Part shown: piece by piece, positions 13,245 to 25,060 of the stretch | Numbering within the stretch: position 1 is the stretch's first letter | Layout of the letters: every line of letters begins with the position of its first letter | Assembly: GCF_018977255.1 (NCBI RefSeq) | Contig: NW_024704742.1 | Coordinates: forward strand, 65,846,001-65,910,000 | DNA length: 64,000 nt | Source of the DNA: Callorhinchus milii | Taxonomy: Eukaryota | Reading direction: 5' to 3' | The notes under the pieces: generated by a model | Database searches by the model: none | Seen by the model: the letters and a program-made list of their open reading frames with translations, nothing else | What the model was told of the DNA's origin: nothing | Made by a program: the position numbers and the translations under genes

Positions 13245-13705
13245 ACAAAATTATGTTTGTAAAGCGCCTTTCACGACGGGAGGAAGTCCCAAGTCACTGA
13301 ATAGTCAGGGATTAGGACCTGAACGGGTTGGGGTTAGGATCAGGGAGGATGTAGGGCAGAGTGGGTAATAGGATGGCCGAAGGCATGGTTGAAGAGGAGG
13401 ATCTTGAGGTGTGCCTTGAGTTTCAGAGGGTGGGGGCAGAGAGGCTGAAGGCCTGACTGCCGATGGTGGTGCGGGCCGTGCTGGGAAAACGGAGCCTGCT
13501 GAGTGGAGGAGCGGACAGGTTGATAAGGGGGGGTTAATAGGTCAGAGAGGTAGGTGGGGACAAGGCCGTGGAGGGCCTTGAAGGTGAGTACATTAATTTT
13601 GAACTTGGTCCTCTGAGGGATGTGAAGCCAGGCGAGGCTGGGTGCGATGGGGTCACAAAGTCTGGTGCGGGAGAGGACACGAGCTGCAGAGTTCTGCAGA
13701 TGTCC
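13245..13705 (-). mobile_element. L2 LINE 3' end
   Basis: LQNSAARVLSRT...LAWLHIPQRTKFKINVLTFKALHGLVPTYLSDLL plus family 3' tail. Confidence 0.88.
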
Positions 13706-14666
13706 ACTGTACTGATTTGACATATATAATAATCCCTCCAAAAAAACAAAACAATAATAAAATTTGTCATTTTCAAACTACGACCGTTTGTGAGACACTG
13801 CTGTGCGCAATTGGCTGCCGCGTTCGCCCACAAATATACAGTCAATTTCACATACAGAAGATGTGAAAAGCGCTATATCAAATGCAAGGCTTATTATTAT
13901 AAATACAACTTGGTAAGGTATCACAGATGCACATCAAACCTTATCTCACCATTAGGAAGAAAATGGATATAAGGTGTGTGTATGTATGTGTATATATAAA
14001 TATATATTATACTATATATATATATATGTTGGTAGCCTGGCAGCAATAAAAAGTGAATTTCTTAATAGTTTTCTTGTTTATGGAAATGTAATTGTAGGAT
14101 TTTCAAAGCAGGTTTTCAGCAACTTTGCTGCTCAGCTACTCCCACCCCCACCAACAAATAGCTTGTGCTCCCTGTCAGAATGATTTTCCCCTCAGTGCAG
14201 TGAACATGTGCAACGGACTTGCAATGAAAGTAGTTGATCTGTCAGTTAATTCCTTCATAAAATAACTGGATAAGCATATGCTTGGAAAGAGTATTAGGGG
14301 AAGTATATGATTGTATGCAGATTGAGATGAGATTTAAGTGTGGATTTAAAAATATCCTGATGGTTTTGTTTTATTGGCCTTAGTTATGTAACTTTTGTGC
14401 ATTTTTGGACCCGTGGTTCAATAGTGAGTGATCTGAAGTCTACATGGTGAAGTAAATTTTGCATGCGCTATGAAGAATGGTCTTGACAGAACAAATGTCT
14501 TTTCCGTTCTATAATTTCTTGTGTTATTAAAAGAAACTTACTATGAAGTTTGTGAAATGTAAGTAGTATCCTCTAACAGTACAAATTGATGGAGGAAAGT
14601 GATAAATGTACCATTAGGGTTTATTTGCCACATTTACAGATTTTTTTAATTCTCATTGTCTAATAA

Positions 14667-14963
<297 letters not shown>

Positions 14964-15340
14964 TAAAGAATAGGGAATGGTCTTTACAGAAAGTGTGAAG
15001 TTTTTGGATTGTGCACTCTAAACTTCTGGTTGCCTTGCTGTGTGTGTTGTAGGTTTTTGAATGTAAAATAAGAGTAGTAGTAAAAGTAGTTTTACTGCAT
15101 TTCTACAAATATGCCGCTATACCAATTATTTAGAACATTATTGCATAGAAATATACATTATGCTTTCTCTAAATCAATCATATATGAACTGTGGGATTGC
15201 CTGCTTTTGTTGAGCTTGATAAACCAGGTAGAAGTGGAAAAGCCTAAGAACACAATTGATAAGAAAATGTTTTAATGGGTAGGTTCAAACTGGCTTCTTC
15301 ATTTGAATATCTTATTTTGTTTTTTGATACTTACAATTAG

Positions 15341-15592
<252 letters not shown>

Positions 15593-15774
15593 TGATGAAA
15601 CACAGCATTGTGTTGTGAAAGAATGGAACAAGAGGAGGCTGTTTAGCTGGTCAATGCTGCTCCTCCAGCAAACCACATGCAACCAAGCCCACTGATGTAT
15701 TTCTTTTTGCTTGCTCCTTTTCTGCTGAAGGTTATGATTAGTTGGTAAGGTTTCATGTACATCAGCAGTACTCT

Positions 15775-16085
15775 TATGCCTCGACCAAGTGGTTAGGGTG
15801 TTTTATATGAGCCCTGCTATTGAGTGTCTACAGGCTATTTGATTGCAGAGTAGATTGTAGCCAAGTCTGATCTTGTTCATCACCCATGTCCACACATTAC
15901 ATTTTTTCAGTATAGCAGTTGGCAGTGGAACCCTGGCTTTATTTTTTTTACCTTCCAAAAACAAGGCTGATTAGACTAGTTGAAACACTGCAAGTACTTC
16001 CATGGCTAATATCATCTAAATCATCAGTACAGACCAGGAATTTAGGTTATTTTTTTCCTGCCTGTATTACTAATCCACTGAGGGA
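15775..16085 (-). mobile_element. Ancient AmnSINE2-like SINE relic (others 23045-23290 +, 13140-13225 +)
   Basis: Reverse complement contains agccagggttccactgcc...tgtgtggacat...caaatagcctgtagacactca...ccacttggtcgagg, resembling my recollection of AmnSINE2. The three copies resemble each other. Confidence 0.55.
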
Positions 16086-17328
16086 ACCCTACCCCATCTA
16101 TTTATCCCCCTAGAGGCACTTTATATCCCAAGGTGTTTTTTTTTGACATTGTGGTGCCATTTACACTGTTGCTTTCTCTATCAGTGTTTCCAACCCCAAT
16201 ATGTAGCTCCTATTTTGCAGGAGTTGATGGTCATGTCATCAGCTGCTTCTGTGTGGCCTCTGATCCACGTTCTCTGTGTTGGCTAAAATTCTTTAGGATT
16301 TCTAAACTCATCTGAGGCTAGTTACATTTTAAATATAGTTTTATAGTCACAAGTCAAATAGCCTGCTTTCAGCAATATTATCTATGCTTCAAAGCAATTT
16401 ACATACCTGGATCGTGTTTCTCTCTTCTCCAGTGAAAGCCACATAAGCTGTCTAGCTCTTCTCATATTGCAGTACGTTTTCTCTAAATCTGTTACGAATA
16501 GTACAACAGCAGGAGATCTAGAATATGTTCCTGCCTTGGGTTATGTCCAGCGACTTGGGACGTCCTCCCAATGTGAAAGGCGATACACAAATGTAATTTG
16601 TTGCTGTTCTTGTAGGCCTTCTGAGCTTTTTCCAAGCTTTTTCCCCTGCCTCCTGGTACCAAGTCAGTTTTCATTGCAGCTAGCCAACCTGTCATTAATT
16701 TGTGTTAATTTAGATCCCTGAGGACACCTTTCATCTGTCAGTTCAATTATATGATCAAATGATTCAAAGAGATTAGTGAGCACCCAACTGTCAATATGGT
16801 GTTCCATATTCTTGGATTATAATCCAGTCCTCGCATTATAAAATAACAATTTACCTACCTTCTCATCTTTGTTGTATAAAGCTGTTGTTTTTCTGTTGTC
16901 ACATACTCTCAAAGAAAAAAAAACACATTACTAATATTTTCCTTTTCTATACCAAATATTTTTAAAAATTGACAAATAATCCTTACATTCTTATCACATT
17001 GTCGAGGCATCTCAAAGCCCTTCATGGCATGTACTGTAAAATTGTGTGACTGAATGTGTGTTGGGTGAATGTGACAACCAATTTGTGCCAGGAATGTCCA
17101 CAAACAGCCATGGAGTGTGATTGTGTTTTTGTCCATTTAACTGATATCCTATTTATTTATATCAAGTGCCCATAACTTTGCTTGCTTTTAAAGTTGCATT
17201 TTCAACACACAAAATAATGTACTTTTATAATATCTGCCTGTCTTTGCTATAATTTTTAATGAACTCAGTCAAACACCAAACATGTATTGGGGCAGATATA
17301 TTTTAATGAATTCATACAAATACTTTGT

Positions 17329-17677
17329 GGAATCCTATAGTTTAGTGGTTAGAGCACTTGCCTTGGAAGTGAGAGGGCCTAGGTTTGATTCCCAGGGTGC
17401 AATATTGGCCAGTTTCCTTTCTCCACAAATCTCTGTTTACCTTGTAGTAAATAGGAACCTGGTTGTTAGTCGATTGATGGATTGCTTTTCCGGAGGTAAT
17501 AACCCCTTTTAAAAAAAAATCTCAATCCACAACTGTTTGTGGGATGCTGTGCGCAATTGGCTGCTGTGTTTTGCCCACAAAATGTACAGTCAATTCACTT
17601 TACAGTATGTTCTGAAGCACTTTGGGACATCTTGAAGAGACTTGGTAAGGTGCTATATCATATGCAAGTATTATTAC
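17329..17677 (+). mobile_element. tRNA-derived SINE, long subfamily
   Basis: Head, central ctctgtttaccttgtagtaaataggaacctggttgttagtcgattg domain, and tail. Confidence 0.88.
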
Positions 17678-18021
17678 AAAACAAATTGTTGCTACATAAT
17701 CCTTCAATTTGATTTAGTGATTTCATGTCAGAAGCCGTCTCAAAGTGTTTCACAGGATCTTCTGTGGAGTATAGTGACTGTGCATTTCTAAACATACTAA
17801 ATAAATTCCTACTGGGATTGCATGAAATGTTCTATAAGCCCCAAAATTTGCTCTGTCAGCGCTGATGACCAGATGAAAATATAAATTCAATAGAACTCTC
17901 AAGTTTCTAGAGTTCCATAGCTGAAGCGAACAATATTCACGTCTATTCCTTCAGTTGAGAATAAACCATAATAGAATACTTTATTTCAAAATGATCAATT
18001 TATTTTTTGTTGTTGTTACAG

Positions 18022-18153
18022 TGGGCAGAGTTGCACCTGAACCAGCACATTCCAACTTCACTGCTACTTTTGTCCAGGGCCATGTACCTTCCTGATACAC
18101 TTTCACCTGCTGATCAACTCAAGACAACCTTGCAGACCTTGCCAGATAATGTG
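18022..18153 (+). CDS. LETM1: LETM1 exon 8 ([44 protein letters not shown])
   Basis: ttacag|TGG ... GTG|gtatgt, 132 nt. Confidence 0.98.
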
Positions 18154-18324
18154 GTATGTAATTCCTTGTTTTACCAAACACCAGTGTGTGTTGGAATCTA
18201 AATCCTGACTCCAGAGAAACCCCTCATTGCTGTCCTAATCCTACCAAGGGATGCTGCTATCTGACTCTCAAAGCGATTCCAGCTTGCTGTTTGACCTGAC
18301 TCTTTGTCCATATATTTGCTGTAG

Positions 18325-18504
18325 GCAAAAGAAGCACAAGTGAAAGTCGCAGAAGTTGAATGTGACAAAGTGGATAATAAAGCCAAGTTGGAAGCAACCT
18401 TACAAGAAGAGGCGGCCATTAAGAGAGAAAACAAGGAGCGAGAGATGGAACGTATGGCAGAGGCTGCTGAAAAAGCTAAAGAGACTTTGCAGGTTGAAGC
18501 CAGG
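18325..18504 (+). CDS. LETM1: LETM1 exon 9, coiled coil ([35 protein letters not shown]...LQVEAR)
   Basis: ctgtag|GCA acceptor. Donor AGG|gtatgg gives 180 nt; an alternative in-frame donor CAG|gttgaa after 18492 is possible. Confidence 0.9.
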
Positions 18505-19018
18505 GTATGGGTGTTTATGTAAAGCAAATTCATATAAACTGGTTCGTTTCTAAGTGCAGAGCCCTCTTGAGAATTGAAGCGAGAATCATAAATACTTTGA
18601 TTTACCAGCATGGTAATCGGTCTGAACACAAGTATGCCATTATTTTTGGCAGATCTTTTCATTTCATTTCCTCTGCCTTATTTAATATAATTAAATAAGT
18701 GGGCAGAGTTGCACTCTGAGCTCTCCCTTCCAAAGTTTCTATCTTCCTTTAAAAGCTCTTATTGATTCTATTTTTGCAGCCTTCTAGGGTAGTGAGGTCC
18801 ACCTTTTAACAACCCTTGAAGAAACGATCTTGCCTCTAATTGACTTAACCATAAATTCAGAGTGAAGTGTCATCCATCTAGCTTGTCAATTCCCAGGAAA
18901 TCAGTAGTCTTCCGTTGGAAAGAAATTATTCTATTCAGTTATTGTATTCAAGTGAAATAAGACGTTTCCAGGCAGTTGTTTCATTTGGAAGCACAACCTG
19001 TCTAATTTTGTATTGCAG

Positions 19019-19174
19019 AAGGAAGTGGAATCGGCAGTAAATCTGGAAGCTCAGGTAGTTAATGTAAAGAAAAGCCAAATTGCTATGGATACAGAACAAG
19101 AACTGGCTAATGTAGACCTGGCAATGGATTCAGAGACCTTGAAAGACACCGCTCCAGTTTTAGAAGGCATTAAG
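19019..19174 (+). CDS. LETM1: LETM1 exon 10 (KEVESAVNLEAQ...SETLKDTAPVLEGIK)
   Basis: ttgcag|AAG ... AAG|gtatat, 156 nt. The ETLKDTAPVLEG motif is conserved in LETM1. Confidence 0.93.
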
Positions 19175-20827
19175 GTATATTTCCACACAGAGCCTTTGCT
19201 TTTCATATTCCTTTTTAAACTTTTATTTTCATCTAATTAATGGTTGCTGAATATCGTGCTGAAAACATAATTGACTTTTTGCGTAGAAAATTTACTCATG
19301 AATTTTGATGACTTGATATTTAATTATCTAAGGATTTACAAGGCTGTCAATTTTTTTTTCATGTTCAGATATTGTCTGATATTTAGAGGAAAAGTTCCAC
19401 ATGCAGAAATCATTTCAATGAGCTTGAGTCAGTTGGGAGGATGCCCAGAGTTAAGCACTTTAGTGAAGGATAAGAAAGAAGTCAATTGTAAGGCCAGGTG
19501 TACTGAGGTCAGAAGCCACTTTGTTGTCCTGACCAATTTGTGTTTTGCATAGATATTGCTTTTCCACTTGCATCTTTGAAAAGGCCAAACCATCATTGCT
19601 AATGAGGATATTATATGAAGAAGATAATACATAATACAGTACTGATAGTACTGTTAGAATGAATCGTGTGTTCTCTAACTGGGTTAGGACCAAAAAATAC
19701 AGACAAAATACAAATATCGATGGTCTTTTTAAAATAAACTGGCCATCAGGTTACTGCTGATGTTGCTTCATGACATCAACAGGCAACCTGGTGGCTTGAA
19801 TGCCAGCCTTTTTAGTGCGCAGAGCTAGCCAACACACCGGAAGCTCTGCACAGTGAATTCAGAGGTGCTGACCCCAACTACCTACCGCCATAAGGGGCTT
19901 CAATGTATAAGATTTAACTCAAATGTTTCTCACTGCTCACTCTGGTATAATTCAACAAGTTAAATAGGATGAGAACACGTGCCGTTTAATCAATTAAAAT
20001 TCTGCAAGAATAATAAATCGGTATAATTGGCTAATATGAGTGGATAGTAGGGTGAGTATCAAATGTATCTTGTTCTTCTGAACTTCTAGTGATATCTAGA
20101 AAACTGTTCTAATAGAGCTGGTGACACCTACAGGAAGTCTGGTTGGTCACTACCTTCAGCACAGGAGGAAATTAACGAGGGGCAAAAGATATGTGTGTTT
20201 GTGTGCATCTAGTTTAAAATGAGATGCAAAGCAAAGGTACTAACTTTTTATTAGAGGCACTGCTAGTGTATTCTTACTGTTGGAGTGGTGGGGGGAAGAG
20301 AGAGAGAGAGACTCCCCTGCCAGCCAGCAGCTGGTTTGCATTTTTTTCTAACACTTCGAGATTGAAATCTGACTCAATGAGTGTTGATGGATTTATCAGC
20401 TGGTTATATGCAGGTTTCAAGTGTCCTACTGAACTATATAGAGGTGGTATTGACTCTGTTTGCAAAGAATATTTTATTACCATGCACTATGCTTTGTTTC
20501 ATCTGATAAGATACCAAACCTTAGCAAGTAGGATATTGTGTAATGTAGCACTGCTGTGCGAGGAGTTATCGCTATGTTGGATCTTAGGTATAACATCAAC
20601 TGTGTTGCAATGCGACTGTTTGGTTGCTTACAAACATTACCCCCGGAAAAGCGATCTGCCAATCGACTAACAACCGGGTTCCTACTTACAGCTAGGTAAA
20701 CAGTTGTGTGGAGTAAGGACTCACGCATTGTTTCGCCTTGCCTGGGAATCGAACCCAGGTCATCTCGCTTGCTAACCACTAAGCTACAGGACTCCATCAT
20801 TATTATTATTTATTAAAGATTGAGATT

Positions 20828-21154
20828 AATAATAATAATATAATAATCCTTGCATTTGATATAGCGCTTTTCACGTCGGGAGGACGTCCCAAAGCGCTTC
20901 ACAGAACACTGTAAAGTGAATTGACTGTATATTTGTGGGCGAACTCGGCAGCCAATTGCGCACAGCAATGTCCCACAAACAGTCGTGGATTGAAAATGAC
21001 CAATTTTTTATTATTGTTTTTTGTTTTGGAGGGATTATTATTAGGCGTGTAGAGTAAGGAAACTTGCCCAAGGTTTCGCCCTGACCTGCCTGGAATTGAA
21101 CTCAGGTCTCTCGCTTGCAAAGCGAGTGCTCTAACCACTGAGCTACAGGACTCC
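20828..21154 (-). mobile_element. tRNA-derived SINE, short subfamily (older long-form copy adjacent at ~20595-20795)
   Basis: Intact A/B boxes and (ATT)n tail. Confidence 0.9.
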
Positions 21155-21715
21155 ACAATAAGCCACACTTCCTGTTTTTTTTATATGCTGCTGCAGTTTG
21201 ATTGTGGCAAATATATCTGTCTCAAGGTTAGATGCATATCTTTCAAGTCTCCCTCACTTTGTATACAGGTACATGTTCTCCTGTATAATTTCCCCATTTT
21301 CAACCTAAGTTTTTTTTTGTCCCCCGTTTCCTATTCCTGGGTTAAGACCTTCTGCGGTGTATTGTTTCCAGGTTTGGCAGATTGCTCTGAATGCTGCTTG
21401 CTTTTTGTGTAAGATGGTGCACATCCCGAGCTTGCCAATTGGTCGATTCTGTGGTAGACTAGCTTGTAGTGGAAATAGTCACTGACGACCTCTGGAGGCT
21501 GCTCACGGGGACTAAAATGACAATTCAAGCTGCTAGAACTCCACTGGTTCTGGTGACTTACATTTAAAAGAGCATAACATCTGATGTATAAATGTAGATT
21601 AGGTCCAAGCAACAAAACTAGTGACTCTTACACAGAACAACACTAACCATATCTGTGAAGGTGTATGACTTTATCTAACTTGAAACCCCTTTGTAATTCA
21701 CTTACTTGTTTGTAG

Positions 21716-21850
21716 GGTGAAGAGATTACCAAAGAGGAAATCGATATACTCAGTGATGCCTGCACAAAGCTGAAAGAGCAGAAGAAACTTCTGACCAAAG
21801 AGAAAGAAGAGTTGGAAGAATTAAAGGGTGATGTACAGGAGTATAATGAG
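21716..21850 (+). CDS. LETM1: LETM1 exon 11 ([45 protein letters not shown])
   Basis: ttgtag|GGT ... GAG|gtatga, 135 nt. Absent from the ORF track; translated by hand. Confidence 0.97.
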
Positions 21851-22421
21851 GTATGAAAAGTATTTCAGGTGTTTACTTTAGTCAACGTTAAACTTCTTGC
21901 AAGAATGGGTGTGTTTGAGTAGTTTAAAAGTGGGAGAGTGCCTGTTGAGATCCGGAACGTACCTGGCAAGGTTCGTATGTGTTCAAAAATTACTATCCTC
22001 GCCAGCAGAGAACTGTTTGGTGTGCACAACTACATTGATCAAACACTTTGAGACACTTTGTGTGAAATGCACTCTTTAAATGTAACTTGTACTTGATGAA
22101 TGAGTGAGGTATTGTTGGGCACCAGTGAAGCTCTAACCCTGTAGAAGGAAAAAGAGTGAATGCTTTAAGCATAGGTAGCTTGTGGCAATGGGGAGAAATC
22201 AATATGGATGCTTATTATTATGGTATTGATTAATTGTCTTAACTTGATTCCATTTAATGGGCAAAATGAACCAATACTGGCAGCTCAGTGGTGACTGGTG
22301 TTCAACCAAACAAGATGGATTTGTGTCTATATTGAATACATTTTTTTCTTTATTTTTTACAACTAAAAAGACTTATTGCTGGATACTTGCTCTGTTAAGT
22401 GCTTGATTATTTTTTCTCTAG

Positions 22422-22615
22422 GATTTAGAAGAGATTAAAAAGGAATTATCTAAGTCTGGACAAGAAACAAATGTAGAAGAATCGAAAGCGAGCAAGCGTT
22501 TATCAAAGAGAGTGAACCGAATGATCGGTCGGATTCATACCCTTATTAGTGAGCTGGAGAAGGACAAAGCATTGCTGGATGGTCAGCTGGGCAGTGGTAC
22601 AACGCCACCCATTGG
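22422..22615 (+). CDS. LETM1: LETM1 exon 12 ([49 protein letters not shown]...TTPPIG)
   Basis: ctctag|GAT ... ATTGG|gtaatt, 194 nt, ends in phase 2. Confidence 0.96.
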
Positions 22616-23848
22616 GTAATTGGAATAATTTTAAACAACTGAATTTTTCTTCTTGATCTTCCCAATTAGAAATCAAAGCGAAAGACGATCTTGATTTTTG
22701 CTCACTTATTCATTGCCTTTGTTCACAGCTTACCTGCGTATGGAATTGGCTTGTAACGTATTTACTTTTCCTTTTTCTATTCTCGATTCAGAAAGCTTCA
22801 CTGTTTTTCTTCCTATTCTCGAGTAAGAAAGTGATTTAGATTGATCACGTGTTTAGCCATTTCACTTTTCCTTTTGCTGTTGTCAACCCTAGCATCAGAG
22901 TTTCTGTTCGAGTAGAGAAAAGCAGGGAGGGGTGGGATTTTGAATCTCAGAAAATTGGGATGTGCGGGCACGATCAGGTCAAGGACTTGGGCATGGTAAA
23001 CTATAGATATGGGAAAAATTTAAAGTTAAATGGTTAAAAAAAAACAGCTGGGGTTCTTACTGCTGGTCACTAACTAGCAACTTCTGCTGGAAGGTGTGTG
23101 TGAGCATTATGTGAGAAGGTGTGATTCTGTTTCAGTAATGACCCACAGTCTTTAACCCTTCACAGTCTAACCTCCAACATGAACAATAGATATTTAGATG
23201 AGCAGCTGGAGAGTGACCAGGCATCACGGAACTATACCCAGCAGGACTCAGCACCATCAGGGAGGAGGAAATATGGAGAAGGGGAGGGAAACTGAAATTT
23301 CTTTACAACAAAGAAAGCCAAATATAATACAGTAAAACATGCATATGTCTTGATTCATATAAATTACAAAATCTCCTAAATGTATATCTGCCAAGACCTG
23401 TTGAATTTCCTATAAATTATGGTACTTCAACATAACTCATACTTTCCATAAGTCATATGTTCCCAACTGATACGACTTATGTAAAGTTTACTATATATTG
23501 TAAACCAGGACAGCTATTTATAGATTATACAAATTAAGTTAGGATTTATTCAAATATTGTTTTGTTTGCTTATGTTAAGATCATGCACCAGAATCATTGT
23601 AATCTTCTTGTATGATTTTTTTTCCACCCTCTCTAGGCAAACACATCTGATTCTGAATCATAAAATTAACCCTTAATTGTGTCTGATTGGCTGCAATATG
23701 CTGGACAAATTCTTGTAACTTCTAGATTCTGGTAATGAAGAAATGTGGGGAATCCGTGGCATGAAGTTTTTCTTCATGTCTTCATTCCTCCTCTCGCAAC
23801 TGATTTCCATTAACCTTTTCCTATATGCAGTTTGTATTTCAACTTTAG

Positions 23849-23987
23849 GGAAAACCTCATCAGCATCAGTGAGCTCATCAGTGCAATGAGGCAGTTCCAG
23901 AATATCCCACAGCACAAATTACAAAAAATTGCTGATGCCCTGGATGAAAACAAGGATGGAAAGATTGATATTGACGATGTCATAAAA
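23849..23987 (+). CDS. LETM1: LETM1 exon 13 with EF-hand loop [12 protein letters not shown]
   Basis: ctttag|G GAA AAC CTC ... ATA AAA|gtaagt, 139 nt, phase 2 to 0. Confidence 0.97.
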
Positions 23988-24907
23988 GTAAGTTCAAAAT
24001 AACTGACTGGATAATTATCCTTGATTTTTGATATAGCGGCTTATCAGGTCAATTATACATTTCAAATCATTTCACAATGATTTATATTGTAAAGTGGATT
24101 GACACAACCAATTGTGCACATCAGTGTCCTTCAAATAGTCATGGAATGAATAACCAATTTTTTAAAAAATATGTGGGGGTGTGTGGAGATTATTACCCTT
24201 GGAAAGCAATTTGTCAATTGACTTAATGACCAAGTTTCTACTTACTGCTGGGTTAAACGGGTATGGAGTAAGGAAATTTGACCAAGATTTCGCCCTGCCC
24301 GAGAATCAAACCTGGGTCCTCTTGCTTGCGAGGTGGGCTAACCACTACACTGGGACTCACAATTTATCAATCATTGACTGGATTGCAAACATTCTCTTTG
24401 CTACCTAGGAATGCTAGTGTGAAAAATGATATATTCATACCTCTTTTACTCTAATGTTGCATGCAAATGCCATCAATACATCTGTTGTGGATTTTTCATC
24501 AGCACCTATTTTAAGAAAGAAAGCCAGTGGGGTCTTGTCTCACAGGAGCAGAGTATTCCACTTACTTGCATTGTCATAAAAATGTGTGAGATTTCATTGG
24601 AGAGAGAGAAAGTTTGTCAAATTCCCGTCAAAACCTTGAATGACATGCTAATTTATCATCCAAATAATTTGTAAACTCAGGTTGTTTCTGAACCACTGCG
24701 ACAATCTAGTTACATAAAGAGCTCACTCAACCATTTTAGATCTGATTTACGAGTCTATTAATTTAACATTTTGATGACAGGGCAGAGGAAGTTTAAAGCA
24801 CAAAATCAGTGATTTTAATGTTGCTTTAAGAGTAAATGTTTTATGTAAAAGAGATGGAGTGAGGTAACAGGTTTACTGAACTTTTACTGTGTGTTTGATC
24901 TGCGCAG

Positions 24908-25060
24908 GTGGTGGATTTAATTGATAAGGAGGATGTGGACATCTCGACCAACCAGGTTGCTGAAATTATGGAATTGTTGCACAAGGAGGAGAAGATTGTG
25001 GAGCAGCAGAAAGCTAAAGAGAAGAGTGAGAAGGAAAAGGTGGCTGAGGTCCAGAACTAA
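24908..25060 (+). CDS. LETM1: LETM1 terminal exon 14, coding part ([29 protein letters not shown]...KVAEVQN*)
   Basis: gcgcag|GTG acceptor; TAA stop at 25058-25060. Confidence 0.97.
   Translation: MVDLIDKEDVDISTNQVAEIMELLHKEEKIVEQQKAKEKSEKEKVAEVQN

Noticed and set aside
21085..21154. tRNA-Ala-like sequence (TGC anticodon region, A/B boxes)
   Set aside because: It runs directly into a SINE body and recurs in many diverged copies, so it is a SINE head and not a tRNA gene.
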